The notes under the pieces: model-generated | Told to the model about the DNA's origin: nothing | Seen by the model: only the letters and a program-made list of their open reading frames with translations | Database searches by the model: none | Assembly: GCA_963575745.1 (NCBI GenBank) | Contig: CAUYUJ010000025.1 | Location: forward strand, 62,001 to 119,432 | DNA from: Prorocentrum cordatum | Lineage: Eukaryota | Length of the DNA: 57,432 bases | Reading direction: 5' to 3' | Position numbers and translations under genes: made by a program | In this document: piece after piece, positions 13,333-26,588 of the stretch | How positions within the stretch are numbered: position 1 is the first letter of the stretch | How the letters are laid out: each line of letters opens with the position of its first letter

Positions 13333-15227
13333 GCCCCCGCTGGATGGGGCGAGGAGGGCCCACAGGGCCCACAGGAACGCTGCGAGGGTTTTGGTCCACA
13401 CTTTTTCTGCCTCTGGGGGCTCTCACTCTCTCACTGGGACCCAGGACTTCAGCACAAGCCGACGGCGCTGAACTGGATGGAAAGATGACGCCGAGGAAGC
13501 GGTCCAGACCACCAGGGGTCAACCTCGAGAACAAAGCACGGCGTCGGTGGCGAAGGAACGAAGATGAGACGAAGAGGAGGAGGAGGAGGAGGAGGAGGAG
13601 GAGGAGGAGGAGGAGAAGAATTTTGATTCGCGCGCGTTGGAGGAGGAGGAGGAGGAGGAGGAGGAGGAGGAGGATCGCTGTAGCATCGCGGCCGAATGGG
13701 AGAGCAGGAGGCCAGGCTTCGTGGCCCCATCCTTCTCCTGTCAATGTGTCTCCTGGCTCCCCCCCTTCGTTCTCGCACATGCCTCGGGCCATTATTTGCA
13801 AGGCGAAGGCAGGTCGGGACCGAACGGCTCGTGCGGTGACAGATCGATAATGAGCAGGTCATGCGTCAGTCCACTGTGTGTCCATCTACGCACACCCCGT
13901 GCAGCTTCACCGATTCCATGCAGCCTGTGTTGGCCCTCGTGGCACCGCGTGCGTCGTATCGGCAGGCTTCGGTGGACCAGTACACCAGAAGCCAGGGCCG
14001 ACGAAGCCAGGGCAGGAGCATGCTGCATGCGACATTCCGTCGGGAGCGAACAAGAGCGATGGCGCTGACACGGCTCTGGGGATGCGTCGCGGGGACCCGT
14101 CGCGGGGGACCCCTCGTTCAGCGTCGCTGAGGGGCCGTGCAGTTTCGCTACCGGGTCCCGTCGCCAGATTATCGGCGATGAACCGTCGATTCTACAGTCT
14201 TGAGCCACATTCGCCGACCCCCCTAGTGTAGACTGTTTCCTATGGTTTTCGCGGGCGTCCAGGGTGATGGTGACGTAGATGAAAGCGAGAGGATGTCGTG
14301 GGAGAAGGAGGAGGAGGTTGAGGAGGAGGAAGGGCCTTCGTCAAATATCGAATGGCCTTCGGCGCATCCGCCACCTTGCGTGGGCTGTGAATGAGAGGCC
14401 ACTCGGATGGCTGACAGGGGTCTCGTGGGAGGCGTCTCCGGGGCCTCTTGGATGCAGTTGTGGGGCCTCTTGGGGGCCTCCAGGGGGCCTCTTTGGGGTC
14501 TCTAGGGGGACTTCTTAGGGACTTCTCAAGCCTGAAGGCTGGGCCCCTCTGGGTCCGTTCGGGTTGCCCCTCTAGGTCCCTTCTTGGGGCCGTTGCGGGG
14601 CCGTCTTAATCCGTCTTGGGCGCCTCATGGGGCGTCTTGGTGCCTTCTTTGGCCGTCTAGAAGCCCTCTCGGGAGCTTCTCCGTTTGGGGCCGACTTTGG
14701 GGGCGTCTTGGGCCGTGTTCGACGTTGCGGAAGCCGAAGAGGCGAATTTGCGGACATTGCTAGTTCTCCGAATGGAACGGGCCGGTTTTCTCCTCGTGGG
14801 ACGGTTACGCATCCCGGTGAAGACCGATTCGGTCTCGGCCCCTTTCCGGGGCGGCCCGATCTGGCGCACTCTCCGATTCGAGCCGATTTCCCGATTCGAT
14901 GCCGATTGATCTTGTTTCGGGCAAACGTAGGACTCGAGTACGCCGGAACTCGGGTGTTCCGCTGCTCTTTGACGAGTGCGTGTCAGATTTCAGATTGGGC
15001 CTCGTCGTTTTCATGATGGCCGTGTCAGGCCAACCCGAGTCTTCTGAACCCGAGTCTTGCGTTTCCCCGACTGTTTTGGTTTCGGAAGGGTCACGAGGCC
15101 AGGTTCCTCGCGGCAGTTGAGGCGAGGTTTCTCGCGGCAGTTGCGCGCCGTGTCTGCGCGGCAGCGGCGGCTTGAAGCGGGCAGATCTTCATCGAGAACA
15201 GACCATATCCTAACCCTAATAACTTGC

Positions 15228-15406
15228 GGCCTCCTAGGGTCGGAGTAGATGGGGTCGGAAGATCGCGCCGCATCGCCGATGCATCACCGATGCGGCTCGA
15301 TGTGGAGCGCGACTTGCTTCACGTCGACGCCGCCGATGCATTGCCGATGTATCGGCGGTGCGGCGTGATTCTCCGACCCCATTTTTCCGACCCCATCCAG
15401 GAGGCC
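15228..15406. mobile_element. Foldback MITE family C (GATGGGGTCGGA arms)
   Basis: Long inverted arms; a second copy at 53863-54840 carries nested inserts. Confidence 0.7.
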
Positions 15407-16008
15407 CTTGGTAACAGAGTGAACACGTGGCCTCACTCAGGTCCCCGTCTTCGCATTTTTGATCATACATCTGGGCGGTTTGGTCTGCTGCATCTGCAAG
15501 AAAACAAAACCCTAGCCCCGATGTTCTGGGCCCTCCTAATTGAGGTCCCTTCCCGAAGGGTTCGGGGTCCTTTTATTGCTAATCAGATCTGGAACGATCT
15601 CCGTCTGTCGTGTTGCGGAGATCGGCCAGGATTGACCAACACGTGCTCGGTGTCGGAGACCAGCGGCCGTCCACGTCATCGCGGCAGCCGCCGGGCGTAT
15701 GGCTCTCCTCGTTTTTGTTGTGCTCCCCCCTCCGGCGCTCCTCGCCACATCTGAGCGCGAGTGGGCCCAGAAGGGGGGGGGGGGCCTCTCCGTGTTTCGG
15801 GCTCCTCGGCGCCAAGATTTTGACAGCAGGTGGACCTTGACAGGGGTGACCGAGCTCGCTCTCGTCCCTCTTCCTCATCGCTCCTTCCTCTCCGGCCGGC
15901 AGTGTAGGTCTCGGCCCCGCTGCGGGGCGCGTTCTTCGATGCATGGCCGCTGCTGGCGCCGGGAGTCGCCACGGGAACACCGATGCGTTGGCTGATTCGC
16001 TAACCCCA

Positions 16009-16139
16009 CTTGGCATCGCTCGGACGTGTGCATTTTTTCTCGGCGAGAACCATCGAGGACCATTCTGGACTATCGAGCAAAAAAAAGCACGCCCGAAACC
16101 GAAAAATGCGCGGGAAATGGACGTCCGAGCGACGGCAAG
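16009..16139. mobile_element. MITE family D (19-bp TIR CTTGGCATCGCTCGGACGT), 4-bp TSD
   Basis: TSD CCCA/CCCA. Confidence 0.85.
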
Positions 16140-16954
16140 CCCATGATGGCCACCTCCCCCCCCCCCACCTCCCCTCTCGTCCGACCCGACCCTCGCTCCG
16201 TTCGTGGCTGTGTCTCCCCTGCGCCTCCCGCGGTTCTGGAATGCCCTCGCTCGTCCGCGCCTGCGGGCTGCTCGCTTGGCTCGGTCATGCCCGGGCTCTT
16301 CCCGCGGACCCCCCAAAAGACGTATGGGGCAGGAGGGTGAAGAGAGTCTGCAAGGCGAGAAGACACGGCAGGAGGAGGAGGGAGGAGCAGAAGCCCTACC
16401 AGATTGTCCGAAACTTTCGAGCGCCTCCGAGGGAAATCGCTGAAATATTGTGCGCCAAGACCAAAAACCTTCTCCACCCCCAGAGGTACGCGGAGGGAAA
16501 TGGGTTGAGGAGGCATACGAGGAAGGGTGAGGACGCAAGAGAAGGAGGGAGGATGGAGGAGAGGAAGAGGATGGATGAGGGAGTAGAGTGGCTCGCGCGG
16601 TCAATGTTGGACAGGGGGGAGAGGGGGCGGACAGGAGGGGAGGCGTAGGATCCTGTCTGTGCAGGCAGGCCGACAACAATTACATCAGGGCTTTTGAAGT
16701 CGAGGAGTTGTGCAATTCGGTGTATAGGTCTGGAGGGTTTCGTAGTAGTCTTGAGGGTCAGAGGATGAGGGGGAGCGATACTGGATCGGGGATGAGGAAA
16801 GAAGAGAGCTGAGCAGGAGCCGGAGGACCGGGACCAGGCTCCAGGAGGTAAAGGAGGAGGAGGAGGAGGAGGAGCAGCACGACGAGCTTGAGCAGGAGGT
16901 GAAGCAAGCACAGACGATTGAACACGCAGAGGAGCAGTCGTGACAGCCAGACAG

Positions 16955-17034
16955 GTCGACCACTGCGACGGGGACGAGTTGGTGAGCGAGAAGAAGCTCG
17001 AGCTGTTCGCGATCATGTCTAAGTACATCGACAG
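16955..17034 (+). CDS. Candidate host micro-exon (VDHCDGDELVSEKKLELFAIMSKYID)
   Basis: CAG acceptor, AG|GC donor, GC3 bias. Confidence 0.5.
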
Positions 17035-17152
17035 GCCAGCGTCGCCGGCGTCGCTCGAGTCTCAAGGATTGAGGCTTTCGTATTTGTATTGTGCCTTCGT
17101 TGGATGTGTTAGTGACGCTTCGTGACTCACGTCTCCGCTGATAAGTGTTGTT

Positions 17153-18096
17153 TTTCCCCACATCCAAAGTGGGGTTCTTGTTTTCTCTGGACACCCCGCG
17201 CAGGAACCTCCTCACCTCACCCCCTCTCCTCTTCTGCCTTCGTGCGCTCACTCACTCACTAGCTCACTCACTCACTCACTCACTCACTCACTCACTCACT
17301 CACTCACTGACTCATCAGCATTCACTCACACGCTCATGAACTCACATAGGATGATGAGTGTGCGCGTGAGAGAGTGTGATGATCATCATCATCACCAGTC
17401 AGTCAGTCAGTCACTCACTCACTCACTCACTCACTCACTCGCCTTGGGCCTCGTCTGTGAGTGAATTGCGAGGAAGTCTCAAGCGGGAGCCCCCTCCCTA
17501 TGGGGCCCCGGATCATGTTACTAATCCGAGCGGGTCATCCAATTCCTGTAACTGTCGCCACTTTGGGGCTCTCGCGCTGCCAGAACGCCATTCCCAGGCC
17601 ACATTTGTGAATGAATTGCGAGGAAGTCTCAAGCGGGAGCCCCCTCCCTATGGGGCCCGCGGATCATGTTACTAATCCGAGTGGGTCATCCAATTCCTGT
17701 AACCGTCGCCTTTTTTGGGCTATCGCGCTGCCAGAACGCCATTCCCAGGCCACATTTTGAATGCTTGATGCCAACTGTAGGCCACTTCGTGCTCTTCGTG
17801 CTCCCAGAACACAATTCCTGGGCCACATTTTGAATGCCCGGAGCCAACTGTAGGCCACTTCGTGTTCTTCGTGTTCCCAGAACACCACTCCCGGGCCACT
17901 TTCTGAATGTCTAGAGCCATAACAGGAGGGCAAGGTCGGGGGCAACGTAGGGAGCGGGGGGAGGGCCAGCCAGGGCGAGCAGAAATATACGCAGAAGAGA
18001 CAGCCAGGACGCCTCACCAACCACGAGGACGACGGTGAGGGCTTTTTCCAGATTCGCCCCGAGGATTCTCATGTGGGATCCTTCCGTCGGAGTAAT
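17153..18096 (+). mobile_element. Non-autonomous Helentron-like (HINE/DINE-like) copy
   Basis: Same termini as 51482-53784. (ACTC)n microsatellite, 2 x 150-bp units related to the 160-bp repeat, ~73-bp units; no helicase sequence. Confidence 0.75.
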
Positions 18097-19368
18097 GGTC
18101 TCGTCGGGGACTCCAGAGGCTTCTAGGAAACGTCCGCACACTTCTGCGAGACATCAAGGGTCCCTGCAGAGCTCGGGAAGAGGAGGTCGACGATGCGAGT
18201 GAGGCGGGGAAGGGGGAATGAAGGATGGGAGACGGGTTGGGACTTGCCTCGAGATCAGACAGAGCTCCAGGACAGGTAAGGGAAGGGGAGGACTTGTGAA
18301 GAGATGGAAAAATGCCATTACGATCCAGGCAGTCGTGGAAAAGACAGCACACGACGGGCGTTTCTACGCCGTTTCGGCCCTCATGGACCCTCACGGACCG
18401 ATTCGGCTCGAGCAGTATTGCAGACAGATCAGAGGTCGGAGTCCGAGTTTGAGTCGTGAAGTTGTGTTGACATTGCTAATTCTCAGGATGACAAATCCAC
18501 GGGGTCCCTCGTTACGCTTCGCCCCTTTGCGCACTAATTCGTGAAACGGAGCAGGGACGCAGAGAAACCTGAGGGCGTTTTGGCATACCTTCGAGTGGTT
18601 TCGAGGACTCCTGCTGTGCCAGATGCTTAGATGATTGATGGTTTCGGACGTGTTCTGATGAATGTTAGAGCTTCTCATGATCTCCCATATTGGAAGGTGT
18701 CTTCGGGTATCTCTTGATTGTGTTGTGTGGGGTGGTTTGGGCAGGCGTTGTGGGGGTGGGGAGGAAGTGGGGGAGGGAGGTGCTGGGTGAAGGGGGGGAC
18801 GAGGTGGGACGAGGTGGGATGAGGAGGAGGAGGAGGAGGGGAGAACAGAGACGTGGAGGGAATGATGACGTGGGGCGGCAGAACGTGTGACACGGACGGG
18901 TTATCAGAGGAAGGGGTCTCTGGAGTATTCCAGCCTGTCTCTGCCTCCTGCGGCCTATTCTGCGCCGAAAAGGTCAGACAAATAAACGACTTAGGACCTC
19001 GATGTCTTCCCCTTGGACAGGCCTCCATTTCTTGATCCTATTCCTCTCCGTGGACAGGTCCTGGAAAAGATCTTCGCTCCTCGATTTGGGATCCTAGATT
19101 CTCGATCCTCGAGGCCTATCCCTTCTGGATCCCCCGCGCCGCCCTCCTGTGTGTTGTTTGTCACCCGTGCAATCCTCGCTTTTTGGAGCAAGTGAGCGAC
19201 GCAACATAAACGGGGTCGTCTTCGCCGACATTTGTCCGTAAGCTGCCCGCGTAATGCACCGTGCCGCGCTGGTGGCCCGCGACAAGCTGCGACGTAAGGC
19301 CGCTGCGTCACCTCGCGTAATGCCCGTTTCTGACCGTCGCTCATGTGCCGTCATTCGGTGGCGCTTTG

Positions 19369-19497
19369 CTTGGCATCGCTCGGACGTGTGCATCTTCCCT
19401 CGGCGAAGACCATCGAGGAGCATTCTGGATCCCCTGGCAAGGAAGCACGCACGAAACCGGACCATGCACGCATAATGAACGTCCGAGCGATGGCAAG
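19369..19497. mobile_element. MITE family D
   Basis: TSD TTTG/TTTG. Confidence 0.85.
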
Positions 19498-20322
19498 TTT
19501 GCGCGAAAGGCACGCTCATCTCAGGATTCCCCCAGGGACACCACTCTCTCCTCCTCCTGCTCCTGCTCCTCCTCCTCCTCCCTTTCTGGGAGCCACGCGG
19601 AGTCGTCACCCGAGCCTTCCTGAACGATGGATTGGTAACCAGGCACACGGGCCCCGCGCGGCCGGGATGGCTGGAGGACGAGGTATCGACGTGGCTAGAC
19701 GCTTTGCAGTGACCCCGCCGAGTGAGGCCCTGCCCAGCAGCCTGACCCCGATTCATTCCGTGCGTGGCGAGACGCTGTCTGCCACCCTCCCCTCCTCTCG
19801 GCGCCTGGCCTCTTCGGTAGCTCGCCGACGGGTGCACGGGAATCTTCTGAATGGGCATGCTGTGCAGACAGACGGGGGAATTTCGAGTAGAGGTGATGAC
19901 AGGAACCTGCAGCTACCAAGCAAGACCTCTGCTGGAGTTGGCGCTTGGGCTCTCTGGCGGCGGGCCGCCCAGGAGGTAGACCGTTTCAGTGCTCGTTCGA
20001 CGCTCGCACGCTGTCTTGAGCAGGCTGGGCCTGCGCACCGCGTGCATCGCCACCGTGGCGGTAGGGCTCGACGCCAGCGACGGGCACAGGCACCACGATA
20101 CCCTACACACCACTTTCTCGGGTCGACCTGGCATTGCCCCTGATGTTGTGCTGCTGCTGCTCCTCCTCCTCCTCCTTCTCCTCCTCCTCGCACTGCCCCG
20201 TCGCGTGCAAGGGTCTTCAATCCGCGCGCCAACGGGTCACTCTTGCCTAGGGTCACCCTTGAGTTTGGCCGGCAGAGTGGGCACGCTCAGTCCAGGGGGC
20301 TCGGCACAGCATCGCTGCATAG

Positions 20323-20440
20323 CCGCTTGCGAGCTGCTGGCGGACAAGAGGCTGCGGGTGGAGGGCGTGCGACGCGGGGCGGCAGGCTGTGCCGCAGCAT
20401 GTTGCAGATCCTGCAGCTGTCGAGCTCGGGCTACCTGAAG
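20323..20440 (+). CDS. Two candidate micro-exons (ACELLADKRLRVE; ILQLSSSGYLK at 20408-20440)
   Basis: AG acceptors, AAG|GA donor, GC3 bias. Confidence 0.35.
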
Positions 20441-20519
20441 GAGAGGGAGCAGGCGCCCGCGCGGCCTTGCGGAAGGGAGGGGGGCAGGAGTGTCGTTGAG
20501 AGGTGGAGGTCGCCGTGAG

Positions 20520-21020
20520 CCACAGGCGGGACGAGACGGTGGGTCCCCGGCGTGGTGCGATGCGCTTTTGCAGGCGTGGTCGATTGGCTCTGTACGACGG
20601 CGACATTCGAACCCTACCCTCGCCGATCAACGGTTCGGGCAGCTCGATGGGCGGCGGGGGTTGGGTTCGGACTTCGTCGAGCACGTGGCGAAATCCGAAC
20701 CCCCCCTCCCCCATCGATTCAGGAGAATCGACGGTTAGTGGGGGTAGGGCTCGGATGGCGCCACCTGTGTGCGTAAATATGACGCGCGGCACCCGTGGCT
20801 CGTCCAGGAAGTGCCTCGTTCTGGGCCACGCTGATATCGAGACGATCGACATGGCTACGGAAAGAAGGGGTACGATGCCCAACAGCAGTTCCTGATCATT
20901 TTGAACAGGACTTGCTGTCCGCGCCGCCGCGGACGTTGTCCACCGAAGAGAACAAGCCGCCCGCCCAACAGCGGCCGCTGTCTGTTTTGTACAACGTTTG
21001 TTGTTGGGAATTGTACCCGC
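20520..21020 (+). pseudogene. Possible highly decayed retroelement (DIRS-like RT) remnant
   Basis: Fragments across frames (LALYDGDIRTLPS, RMAP, KKG..FLIIL.R) loosely resemble an RT N-terminal region. Weak, recalled resemblance only. Confidence 0.2.
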
Positions 21021-21422
21021 TTCTTCCGTACCCATCTCGGGCGTCCAAACGATCGGGCTCACAGCCGTCTTTCAGAGGATGCGCAGTGCTGGTTGTGGCC
21101 ACGGAAAACATCGCTGGTCTGTGAATATGCTCGCGCTTCTTCGGGAGGAATAACCGCATCAAGCAATTAAGAACCCCCCCTCTCCGGCGAAAGTGTAACG
21201 CACCTGGCACCCCAGAAGCGTTACCCTGGCACCTCGCACTTTTAGGTATACGCAGACGAGTCTGCTCACCGAAACAAGCAAATCGTCTGAGACATTCTCG
21301 CAATATGGTCTCCTGGTGGTTCTGAAACAAGCGCCTCGCCTGAGACATCCTCAGAAACTGCTCTGGACGCAGACGAGTCTGCGTTAGGTGGTCGGTCTGG
21401 GCGAGACCTGGAGTGGCCGCGC

Positions 21423-21522
21423 NNNNNNNNNNNNNNNNNNNNNNNNNNNNNNNNNNNNNNNNNNNNNNNNNNNNNNNNNNNNNNNNNNNNNNNNNNNNNN
21501 NNNNNNNNNNNNNNNNNNNNNN
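21423..21522. other. Assembly gap (100 N)
   Basis: Run of N. Confidence 1.
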
Positions 21523-21582
21523 CCGGAACCTTCAGAGAAGGCCCGTACCCTGTCGGACGCCGAGTGGTTTGGGGGCATAACT

Positions 21583-21742
21583 TTAAGTCGGGCCTATCTC
21601 TCTACGGGAGGAGTGCTCAACACATAGTACACAACTGGTCTGGGGACGATCTTTCTATCATGCTTGATCAGCTTGGTGCATGCTGTGATCATGTTTAATT
21701 TTTCGTCCAAAATCCGCCCGTAGGGGGACATGCCCGACCTAA
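21583..21742. mobile_element. MITE family A
   Basis: Both TIRs present; no matching TSD. Confidence 0.7.
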
Positions 21743-22937
21743 CCCCAGACACCCGCCAAACGCCCGAAGCCGACCCAAAGAAGACCCCAAAGAGGCTCTC
21801 GAAACGCAAAACAGCATTGTGAGCGCTTTTTGTATGCATTATTTTGCCGATCGGTTCGGGCCCTCGCACCCCCCCTCCCCCCCCCCTCCTCCAAATGTCG
21901 AAACGCAGTTTTTTTGTTACAAAAAACGCTCACTGAACGACCCAAAGAAGACTCTAAAGAGGCTCTCGAAACGCAAAACAATATTGATGTCATTAGTTTC
22001 ACTGATTGTTTGGGAATGGTCTGTTCTGTGGTATTCAAGGCGTCCAAGACCACCCAGGACGCCCGAAAAGCGCCCGACAGCGACCCAAAAGGCTGCCAGG
22101 CGGTCCTAGAGAGGCCCAAGACGGCCCAACAGGGCCCCAATATCTCCCAGAGAGAGTCTTATGACGGCGCACGATCGCCCCGATACGCCTCCCGAAGCGT
22201 GACTTGGTCGTTCAGGAAGACCGCGGTCAAAAGCATGGCGGCCCGAGGGTGTGCCCAGAGGCTCCCAAAGGCACCCAGGAGGCCTCAAGAAGGCCCCCAG
22301 AAGCCCTTAAACAGTTTCGCCAGGCCACCAGGAGGCTCTCGAAGGAGGAGCCTCCGAAACAAGAGCTCAGGAGGATGGCGACGAATCCGCAGAGTAATGC
22401 GATAGTGAGGAAGACGAAGAGGAAGCATGAGGGAAGAAAGGATAACGAACATCATTATTGCAACGACGATATCTGAATATGCAACAAGCAGTTGTCGCTC
22501 AATTGTATGGTGTATGTCCCTGCCCTTCCGCCTGCATGTTCAGGTGCTTAGCGCGAAACGCACATGCAGCCTTGTGTATGTATATATATATATATATATA
22601 TGTACACATTCATTCATACGTACGTACATACATACACACCTACAGACATACCATAACATATCATTACATAGCATACCATATCATACCATACCATACCATA
22701 ACATGACATACCATAACATAAAATAACATGCATACGTACATACATACATACATACATACATACATACATACATACATACATACATACATACATACACATA
22801 TGCATGCATGCATGCATGCATGCATACATACATACATACATACAAACATACATATAGACATACACACCGACATACATACATACATGCACACCTACCGACC
22901 TACATACCTACCTACCTACATACATACCTACATACAT

Positions 22938-22969
<32 letters not shown>

Positions 22970-24930
22970 ACAGACAGACAACAGACATACATATACATAC
23001 AGACAGACATACATACGTATATATATACATATATATATATATATAACAAATGCGCCCCCCCTCCCCCGGGAGCGTTCCCCACCTCCGGAACATTTGGGGG
23101 CAGTTCGCGGTACCGCGCCCCAGGGCCTCCCAGGGAGGCCCCAAACCGCCCCGGGACGGTCCAAGACGCCCCCAAGGAACCCGCTGAACGCGAAAGGACC
23201 GCCCAAGATGCCCCCAAGCAGCCCAAGACAGACCTCCGACGGCTCTCCAGGCTCCCAGGAGGCATCCAAGAGGCCCCAAGAGAGCTCCGAGAGGCGTCCC
23301 GGGATCACCCGAAGAGGCCCAAATCGTTGATTTGCATATGTTTTCGGGGTGTTTTGCCTTCTCGCGTTTTCGAGCTTCCAACGTTCCAAGATGGCCGAAG
23401 AAAGGCCCCCAAGATCGCCCCAAGACCGCCCAAGAGCCCCTAAGACGCCTCCAAGACATGCCAAGAAGGCCCCAAGACGGCCCCAAGACTGCCCAAGAGC
23501 GGCTGGAGGCAGCCCAAGAAACCCTTGATGACCCGAAAAGCCGCCCAACAGGGGGAACGCAAATCGACAATCCCGGCTTCCCGCTCCAAGAGGTCCCCAG
23601 GAGGCCCTAAGATTTCCCCAAGGAGCCAGAAGAGGCTCCCAGGAGCCCCGAAGAGGCCCAAAAGTGTCTCCAAGAGGCCCCGAAACAGCCCCCCAACGGC
23701 CTCCAAACTGCCTCCCCACACCATCCATGGACTGCATCCTGGAGTTCACCTGTCCAGCGCAGCTAGCGTCAGCGCGCGCGCGCCAAGAGAGGGAGGGACA
23801 AGAGAGGGGACCTCCCAAAGCCTCACGGGCGCTTTGCCCCGAGGTGGCCCCAAGGTTCTCCCAGAGGCTCTCGGGGCGTCCCCAGATGCCTGCGGAGACT
23901 CTGGGGAGGCTCCCAGGAGGCACCAGGAGCTCCCCAAGAGGCCTCCAAGCCGCCGCCAGAAAGCGTTTTTTGGCGGCGGCGCCTTTTTGGCGGCGTTGTT
24001 TGGCGCCGCCAAAAAACCAGATTCTTCCGGATCCTCCCAGACGCCATCAGGTTCTCGAAGATTTCTGCAGATCGTCCGAGAAGCGCCCAAGCGTCAAGCG
24101 CCGGCAAGATCTCAATAAAAAGGCTCCGAGGGCCATCCCAACAGACCATGGCTTGTATCTGGGAAACTTCTGACCCAGGGGAGGAGGAGGAGGACGAGGA
24201 GGAGGAGGGAGGAGGAGGAGGAGGAGGAGGAGGAGGAGGACGAGGCCGAGGACGAGGAGGAGGAGGAGGAGGGCGAGAGAAGGCCGAGGAAGAGGCACCC
24301 CTCTGCGCGTGGCCGACGTCTGCCCCGCCTCCACCCAAGAGGGCCCCGAGTCACCGGGCAGGGGCGCGCGGAGGCATCGTGCCTCGCAGCCCCGCAGCCT
24401 GGGCATTAGAGGTGCTCTCCTCCTCCTCCTCCTCCTCCTCCTCCTCCTCCTCCTCCTTGCTCCTCCTTCCTCCTCGTCCTCCTCCTCCCCTCCCTCATCT
24501 CCCTCCTCCTCCTCCTCCTCCTCCTCCTCTCCTCCTCCTCCCTCCCCTCCTCCTCCTCCTCCTCCTCCTCCTCCCTCCCCCATCCTGCTCCTCCTCCTCC
24601 TCCTCCTCCTCCTCCTCCCCTCCTCCTCCTCCTCCTCCTCCTCTTCCTTCTCCTTCTCCTTCTCCTCCTCATCCTGCTCCTCCTGCTCCTCCTGCTCCTC
24701 CTCCTCCTTCTCCTCGCCCTCGTCATCCCAGGATCTGCAAGTGAGTGACTCAATGCCCTCCAAAGGCAAGCATGCGCCACACGAAGGGTCACAGAGAGGC
24801 CCCGATCTGGCACCACGTCCCGCTGGCGTTCCCCGACTTCGTCGTCGCCGAATTCGCTATCCTCCTCCGCATCCTCCTCATCCTCCTCATCCTCATCATC
24901 CTCCTCATCCTGCCCCCCCCCGCCTCGGAC

Positions 24931-24952
24931 TCCGCAGCCACTTGGCCTCAAG
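24931..24952 (+). other. Relic dinoflagellate spliced leader (DinoSL)
   Basis: TCCGCAGCCACTTGGCCTCAAG vs DCCGTAGCCATTTTGGCTCAAG: 18/22 ungapped, ending 72 nt before the zinc-finger ATG. Confidence 0.8.
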
Positions 24953-25024
24953 GGTGATCTCGTGGCCCGAAGCAAGCAGACAAAGTCAAACCTCTGAGCT
25001 CTCGCCTGCGCCAGGGCCGCCGCC

Positions 25025-25222
25025 ATGCCGGAGGCGATGGAGATCAGCAAGGAGGCGGTGTCGGGCAACGGCACGCTTGAGAACGTGGGGATCAAGCTGG
25101 ACGGCCAGTTCAAGTGCCCGCATTGCCGGCAGACCTTCAGTGATGACAAGGCCCGCCAGCTCCACCTGAAGTTCCAGTGCTCCACGGCCATCGCCAAGCA
25201 GATCAACCCGATCGGTGATTAG
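25025..25222 (+). CDS. Intronless 65-aa C2H2/C2HC zinc-finger microprotein (retrogene)
   Basis: gccgccATG start context, strong GC3 codon bias, FKCPHCRQTFSDDKARQLHLKFQC zinc finger, no introns, relic spliced leader upstream. Confidence 0.85.
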   Translation: MPEAMEISKEAVSGNGTLENVGIKLDGQFKCPHCRQTFSDDKARQLHLKFQCSTAIAKQINPIGD

Positions 25223-25974
25223 GTGGGCGCTTTCCAGCGGGTGCGGCGACGACGCTCCGATCCGCCACCTGGCGGCTGGCGCTGGTGCCGAGCCCGTTTT
25301 GAAGCGGAGGTAGCCCGTGGGGGAGACGGGATGAGGACAAGCTAGGTGCGTTCGCGCCATGTTTGCATCATATCCCTCCCTCCCTCCCATATCTCCCCAT
25401 TACGCTGACGTTTTCTCTATCCGCGGACGCGTCTCATGGCCGACCTGGAACTCCAAAAAGGACCCCTATCGTGTTATACGCATTCGGACAAGGGGAGCTG
25501 CATAGGAGGAGGAGGAGGAGGAGGAGGAGGAGGAGGAGGACGAGGAGGAGGACGAGGTGGCGGGCGAGCAGGCAGGAGGATGAGCAGGGGAAACCGCAGG
25601 AGGAAGGAGGAGGACGAGGACGAACATCAGCAGCAGGAATTGGGGTGGAAGGCGTGGGAGGAGCAGGAGGACCAAGGGAAGGCGGAGGAGGGGAGATGAG
25701 GGGGGCGACAACGATGAAAAAGGTCTCGGATCCAGAAGTGAGGCCCACGCTGCAGCAGAAGCACCATGTTTGAAACACCGACAACGGTCGGACTACCAAA
25801 ACACGCATGAGAAATACCACCTGTTTGAACTCCTGTGTGTGGAAAACGATGCGCTGAGGTGGCGGGGTTCTTCCCGCACGCAGTCAGGGAAGAGGAGAGT
25901 AGCACGGTCGGGAAATTTAGGATAGCGTGTCATCCCGCCGGATCTGGCCCACGTGATAGTTGTTTGATTCATTG

Positions 25975-26183
25975 TTTTGCCGATCGGCGCGGGCCCTTGC
26001 ACCCCCCCCCCCTGGAGTAGATCTTGGTTGTTTTGGGCGCCTGTTTCGAGCAGGTGGGGTCTCCCCCGCAGGACGCACTGTTGCAACCAGTCGCGCTGAG
26101 CAGGGGTCCAGAGCCAGACTCCCCCCCCCCTCTCCCCCCCCCTTCCGCCCAGTGTCGAAACGCCGAGTAAGAAAGCGCTCACC
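25975..26183. repeat. Dispersed repeat family (also at 50288-50662 and 21819-21933)
   Basis: Shared TTTTGCCGATCGG...GTCGAAACGC...CGCTCAC; the 21819 copy shows GTGAGCG...CGCTCAC inverted ends. Confidence 0.65.
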
Positions 26184-26588
26184 AGTACGCTCGGGAGATT
26201 TAGGGTGGCGTGTCACTCCGCCGGATCTGGCCCACCGCGCTTTTCGGGCCGGCCGAAAGGGGGGGATTGGGAAAGGGGGAGTTACGAAATCTGCTGCATG
26301 CAGCTGGTTTCGGCCCCACTGAGGGGCCCATGCCTCGATGCATAGCCGCCTCTGGCGCCGGGAGGCGCCGGGAAAATCAGCTACGTGAGCTGATTCTTCT
26401 CCTCCTCCTCCTCCTCCTCCTCCTCCTCCTTCTCCCCCTCCCCTCTCCTCCTCCTCCTCCTCCCCCATCTCCTCCTCCTCCAGCCGTTCTGGCACACAGG
26501 TGTGTTTGATACTGCGAACTTCAGAACGGCATTGCAGTATCGGGTCAGGTGGCTCGTTTCTGACCGCTCCACAGAGTTTCCCTATGCC

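Noticed and set aside
19640..20140. Cys motifs (WRCTRC, CTAC) on the minus strand as a LINE 3' remnant
   Set aside because: No RT or RNH context, so too weak to call.
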